Assembly (NCBI GenBank): GCA_046331705.1
Contig: JAXLQJ010000010.1
Location: 180,005-200,004, forward strand
DNA from: a bacterium
Lineage (GTDB): Bacteria > JADJOY01
Length of the DNA stretch: 20,000 nucleotides
Direction: 5' to 3'
Both the position numbers and the translations under genes were made by a program. Shown piece after piece: positions 16,152-20,000 of this stretch (position 1 is its first letter; every line of letters begins with the position of its first letter). Below the pieces are notes generated by a model that was not told where the DNA came from, did not search any database, and saw only the letters and a list, made by a program, of their open reading frames with translations.

Positions 16152-17027
16152 TCAGATCCCGCGCGAGCCCAGGAACGCGAGCATCGCGTCGGCGAGCGCC
16201 TCGGGGCGCTCGTGGTGGATCATGTGGCCGACACCGTCGAGCTCGACGAGCCGCACGTCGCGAAACGCCGCGGCGCGTTCGCGCCAGTCCGGCACCAGGT
16301 CGCGAACCCAGCTCAGCTCGCCCATCACCACCAGCACGGGTGCCGTGACGCGATGCCAGAACGCGCGCGCTTGCTCGACGTAGAACGGCTGCGGCACGCG
16401 GCTCTTGTGGAGCGGATCGAAGCGCCAGCGGAAGAGCCCGTCGCCGCCGCGCTCGGTGCCGTGCGTCGCGAGCGCCAGCGCGCGCTCCTCGCCGAGGCGC
16501 GGGTTCGCGAGCCTGAGCTGCGCCGCCGCGTCGGCGATGGCGCGGTAGGGCCGCGGCACCTTCGCGAGCTGGTCGTGGTTGGAGCGCACCCACTCGGCGA
16601 ACTGGTCCGGCGCCGTGTCCGGGCGCATGTCGGCGGGCCCGAGCCCCTCGACGCTGACGTAGGCGCGCACCCGATCGGGGAAGGTGCCGGCGTAGAGCCC
16701 CGCCGCCATGCCGCCCATCGAGTGACCGACCAGCACCACCGGCCGGCCGCCGCCGAGCTCGCGCACCACGGCATCGATGTCGAGGACGTAGTCGGCGAAG
16801 TGGTAGTAGCCGCCGGCGCCGACCCAGCCCGAGAGCCCGTGGCCGCGCAGATCCACCGCCAGCACGCGGTAGCGCGCCGCCAGGCGCTCGGCCACCGGGT
16901 CCCAGGAGCGCGCGATGTCCATCCAGCCGTGGACCATCACGATGGGCTCGGCGTCCGCCGCGCCCCATTCGGCGACGTGGAGCCGAAGCCCGCGTTGGTG
17001 CTCGATGAAGCGGTCGGTGGGCTGCAT
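16152..17027 (-). CDS. Alpha/beta fold hydrolase
   Basis: VHGWMD, DLRGHGLS, VGHSMGG, GVGHMIHHERPE. Confidence 0.92.
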   Translation of the reverse strand: MQPTDRFIEHQRGLRLHVAEWGAADAEPIVMVHGWMDIARSWDPVAERLAARYRVLAVDLRGHGLSGWVGAGGYYHFADYVLDIDAVVRELGGGRPVVLVGHSMGGMAAGLYAGTFPDRVRAYVSVEGLGPADMRPDTAPDQFAEWVRSNHDQLAKVPRPYRAIADAAAQLRLANPRLGEERALALATHGTERGGDGLFRWRFDPLHKSRVPQPFYVEQARAFWHRVTAPVLVVMGELSWVRDLVPDWRERAAAFRDVRLVELDGVGHMIHHERPEALADAMLAFLGSRGI

Positions 17028-17037
17028 GCGAGCGTCC

Positions 17038-18195
17038 TCACACGTGTCGAAGCGCGTCCACGATCTCGAGCCGGGTCGCCGCGCGCGCCGGGAGCAGGCC
17101 GCCCAGCACACCGGAAGCGAGCGCCAGCGCCGCGCCGCCCAGCACGGCGCTGCGGGTCACGTCGAGCCGGAACGAGAGGTCGAAGAGATCCATGCCGTAG
17201 CCGTCGAACGCGTACGAGGCCGCGATCCCGAGCGCGCCGCCGAGGATCCCCACCAGCGTGCTCTCGATCAAGAGCCCGATGCCCACGGACCAGGCACCGA
17301 AGCCGAGCGCGCGCAGCGTCCCCATCTCGCGCACTCGCTTGCTCATCGCGGCGTACATGGTGTTCGCGCCCGCGAACACGGCGCCCAGACCCATGATCGT
17401 GCCGATCAGGTTGCCGAGGAACCGGAAGCCCACCGCCGAACGCGCCACGTCCTCGTAGTACTTGGGCTCGGCCTGCGCGTCGACGGAGACGGTCTTCGAG
17501 TCCTCGAGCGCTTTCTCGACCTCGCCGAGCCGGCGCGGCTCGGCGAGCCGCACCACCAAGAGCGAGACCTCGCTCACCATGTTCTCGCTCATGAGATCGT
17601 CGAGCTCCGCCCACACCTCGCCCTCGAAGATCTGGCCGGCGGCGGCGAACACGCCCACCACGCGGTGCATCTGGCGGCCGAACGCCAGCTCGTCGCCGAC
17701 GCCCACGCCGGCGAGCTTGCTCGGCAAGAGCGCGCCGATCAGCACTTCGCCGGGATGGGTGGGGAAGCGTCCGGCGAGCAAGCGGACGCCGCTGTGGACC
17801 GCGAACGCGTCGGGGGTGACGCCGCGGATCGGCACGTAGCGGGCGCCCTCCATCGAGCCGAGCGGCTCGCCCTTGCGGGGAACCGGTCGCTGCAGCAGGA
17901 GCTCGGCGCTCGCCAGCGGCTCGCCGCGACGGTCGCGCGCGACCGCCGGCTGATAGCGCACGATGTTCGCCGACTCGCGCGACAGCGAGGACGCCTCCGC
18001 CGAGGGCGCGCCCTTCGACATCACCAGCAGGTTGCGCGGGTCGCCGGTCGAGACCGCCACCCGCGCGATGCCGCTGGCGGTGGCCGCCATCACCACGAAC
18101 ACCAGCACGCTGGCGGCGACGCCGAGCACCACCACGCCGGTGGAGCGCTTGCGCGCCATCACGTTCCGCCACGAGTAGGTGAGGGGTAGCGGCAC
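17038..18195 (-). CDS. ABC transporter permease (MacB/FtsX family)
   Basis: YSWRNVMARKRST, NTMYAAMSKRVREMGTLRALGF, GGLLPARAATRLEIVDALR. GTG start inferred. Confidence 0.9.
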   Translation of the reverse strand: MPLPLTYSWRNVMARKRSTGVVVLGVAASVLVFVVMAATASGIARVAVSTGDPRNLLVMSKGAPSAEASSLSRESANIVRYQPAVARDRRGEPLASAELLLQRPVPRKGEPLGSMEGARYVPIRGVTPDAFAVHSGVRLLAGRFPTHPGEVLIGALLPSKLAGVGVGDELAFGRQMHRVVGVFAAAGQIFEGEVWAELDDLMSENMVSEVSLLVVRLAEPRRLGEVEKALEDSKTVSVDAQAEPKYYEDVARSAVGFRFLGNLIGTIMGLGAVFAGANTMYAAMSKRVREMGTLRALGFGAWSVGIGLLIESTLVGILGGALGIAASYAFDGYGMDLFDLSFRLDVTRSAVLGGAALALASGVLGGLLPARAATRLEIVDALRHV

Positions 18196-18205
18196 GGCGC
18201 GGCGC

Positions 18206-19357
18206 TCAGTCGGCGTGACGAAGGGCCTCGGTGATGGCCATGCGGCTCGCGTCCCAGGCGGGTTTGAGCCCGGCGAGCGCACCGATGGGCAGCGCCAAGA
18301 GCGACGATTGCAGCACCACCCGCCAGGAGGCCTGGATCTCGAGCCCCACCTCCTCGGGCAGCTTGATGAGCTGATACCGGAAGATCGTCCACGCCAAGAG
18401 CGCGCCGCCGATGCCGCCCACGGCGGACACCAGCGCGGCCTCGCTCACGACCATCGCCAGCACGCGCCGCGCGCTGAAACCGAGCGCCCGCATGGTGCCG
18501 ATCTCGTTGGTGCGCTCGCGCACCCCCATCGCCACCGTGTTCGCCACCACCAGCATCGTCACGCCGAGCGTCAGGTAGCCGATCACCGTGAGCGCTTGCA
18601 GCGTGTCGGCGAGGCCGCCGATCACGGTCTCGGTGAAGGCCTTCTCGGTGATGGTCTCGGTGGGCACCGTGAAGTTCCGGAAGCCCTCGTCGATGGTGCG
18701 TGCGACGGGGGTCGCCAGATCGGCCCGCGCCACCTTCACGATCACGAACACCGTCTTGCCGGTTCGCCCGTTCACGTCCTGGAGGTACTCGTCGTGGACC
18801 AGCAGCACGTCGCCGAAGTCGCCGTCGCGATCGAGGTTGCCGCGGATGCGCACCGGCAGGTTCTGGCCCTTGATCGGGTTGCGGAGCGTCACCTCTTGGC
18901 CGAGCTTCCAGCCGTGCTTTTCCAGCGTGCGGTCGCCCACCAACGCGGCGCTGCGCTCGCCGCGAAACGCCACCAGCTCCTCGCGCGAGGCGCCCTTGAG
19001 CTCGCGGACCTCGGCGATGGTGGCGGGGTCGACGCCGATCGCGACGTCGAACTCGCCCTTCTTCTTGCCCTCGCCGAGGAAGAAATCGTACGGCGTGAGC
19101 GCCACCACGCCGGGCACCGCGCGGATCTTGGAGAGATACGCGAGCGGGATCTCGGCGCGCCAGAAGCGAATCCCGAACTTGGGACGCAAGAAGAGCGTGG
19201 TGGCGCTGCCGGTGCGATGGATCACCTGCTCCAGCGTGAACAGGATGCTGGCGAGCGAGGTGTAGACGAAGAACGAGACCACGAGCCCGAGGAACGTGAG
19301 CAGCGTGCGGCGCGGATTCCGCGTCAGCCCCCGCAGCACCAGCTTGAGGACGTTCAC
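18206..19357 (-). CDS. ABC transporter permease (MacB/FtsX family)
   Basis: [55 protein letters not shown] start overlaps the ATPase stop. Confidence 0.9.
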   Translation of the reverse strand: MNVLKLVLRGLTRNPRRTLLTFLGLVVSFFVYTSLASILFTLEQVIHRTGSATTLFLRPKFGIRFWRAEIPLAYLSKIRAVPGVVALTPYDFFLGEGKKKGEFDVAIGVDPATIAEVRELKGASREELVAFRGERSAALVGDRTLEKHGWKLGQEVTLRNPIKGQNLPVRIRGNLDRDGDFGDVLLVHDEYLQDVNGRTGKTVFVIVKVARADLATPVARTIDEGFRNFTVPTETITEKAFTETVIGGLADTLQALTVIGYLTLGVTMLVVANTVAMGVRERTNEIGTMRALGFSARRVLAMVVSEAALVSAVGGIGGALLAWTIFRYQLIKLPEEVGLEIQASWRVVLQSSLLALPIGALAGLKPAWDASRMAITEALRHAD

Positions 19358-20000
19358 GGTGCGATCTCGGGCGCGCACGCGTCCGCACCCGTCAATCGAC
19401 CCTTGTCGAGGTGGACGAGCCGATCCGCGGTGGCCGCCGCGCGCGGGTCGTGGGTGACCATGATGAACGTCTTCCCCGCGGTTCGGTTCAAGAGCCGCAT
19501 GATGCCCAGGATCTCGGTGCCGCTCACGGCGTCGAGATCGCCGGTGGGCTCGTCCGCGAGCACCAGCAGCGGATCGGTCACGAGCGCACGCGCGATCGCC
19601 ACCCGCTGCTGCTCGCCGCCGGAGAGCTCGGACGGTCGGTGGCTCAGTCGGTGCCCGAGACCCACCACGCGCAGCGCGGCCTCGGCGCGCACGATGCGCT
19701 CGTCGCGGTCGAGCGGCATCAGCGTGAGCGGCAATTCCACGTTCTCGACCGCCGTGAGCACCGGCATCAGGTTGTAGAACTGGAACACGAAGCCGATCGA
19801 GCGATTTCGCCACCGATCCAGCTCGCGCTCGCTCAGCCCCTGGATGTCGCGCCCCGCGATGCGAAGCGCGCCCGTGGTGGGCCGGTCGATGCCGGCGATC
19901 AAGTTGAGCAGCGTCGACTTGCCCGAGCCCGATGGCCCCATGAGCGCCACGAACTCGCCCGCGCGGATCGTGAGGTTCACGTCCACCAGCACCGGCACGT
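19354..20000 (-). CDS. ABC transporter ATP-binding protein (LolD/MacB-like); start lies outside the window
   Basis: Walker [10 protein letters not shown], signature [15 protein letters not shown], Walker [12 protein letters not shown]-loop VTHD. Confidence 0.95.
   Translation of the reverse strand, partial: VPVLVDVNLTIRAGEFVALMGPSGSGKSTLLNLIAGIDRPTTGALRIAGRDIQGLSERELDRWRNRSIGFVFQFYNLMPVLTAVENVELPLTLMPLDRDERIVRAEAALRVVGLGHRLSHRPSELSGGEQQRVAIARALVTDPLLVLADEPTGDLDAVSGTEILGIMRLLNRTAGKTFIMVTHDPRAAATADRLVHLDKGRLTGADACAPEIAP

Overview
GC-rich bacterial DNA; gene content suggests a Myxococcota/deltaproteobacterium-like host (inference). Bases 1-~3.4 kb hold a diversity-generating retroelement (DGR) in the order target gene 1 (FGE-sulfatase/CLec fold, VR1 143-270), HRDC-domain accessory gene, reverse transcriptase (1018-2028), template repeat (TR 2065-2192) inside a structured non-coding segment, then target gene 2 (VR2 3102-3228). 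TR/VR mismatches fall almost only on TR adenines. No avd gene is visible in the window. The HRDC gene has an in-frame TGA, and VR2 has a 1-nt deletion at a TR adenine. From 3.6 to 13.5 kb lie a zinc-finger anti-sigma factor, DoxX, a BufA2-like bufferin precursor and an aquaporin / GMC oxidoreductase / VOC lipoprotein / GH63-like / amylo-1,6-glucosidase operon. Four of these units carry the same ECF-sigma-type promoter motif upstream. The rest is ordinary: a secreted alpha/beta hydrolase, an HU-family protein, a DsbA-like HCCA isomerase, an alpha/beta hydrolase and a MacB/LolCDE-type ABC transporter.
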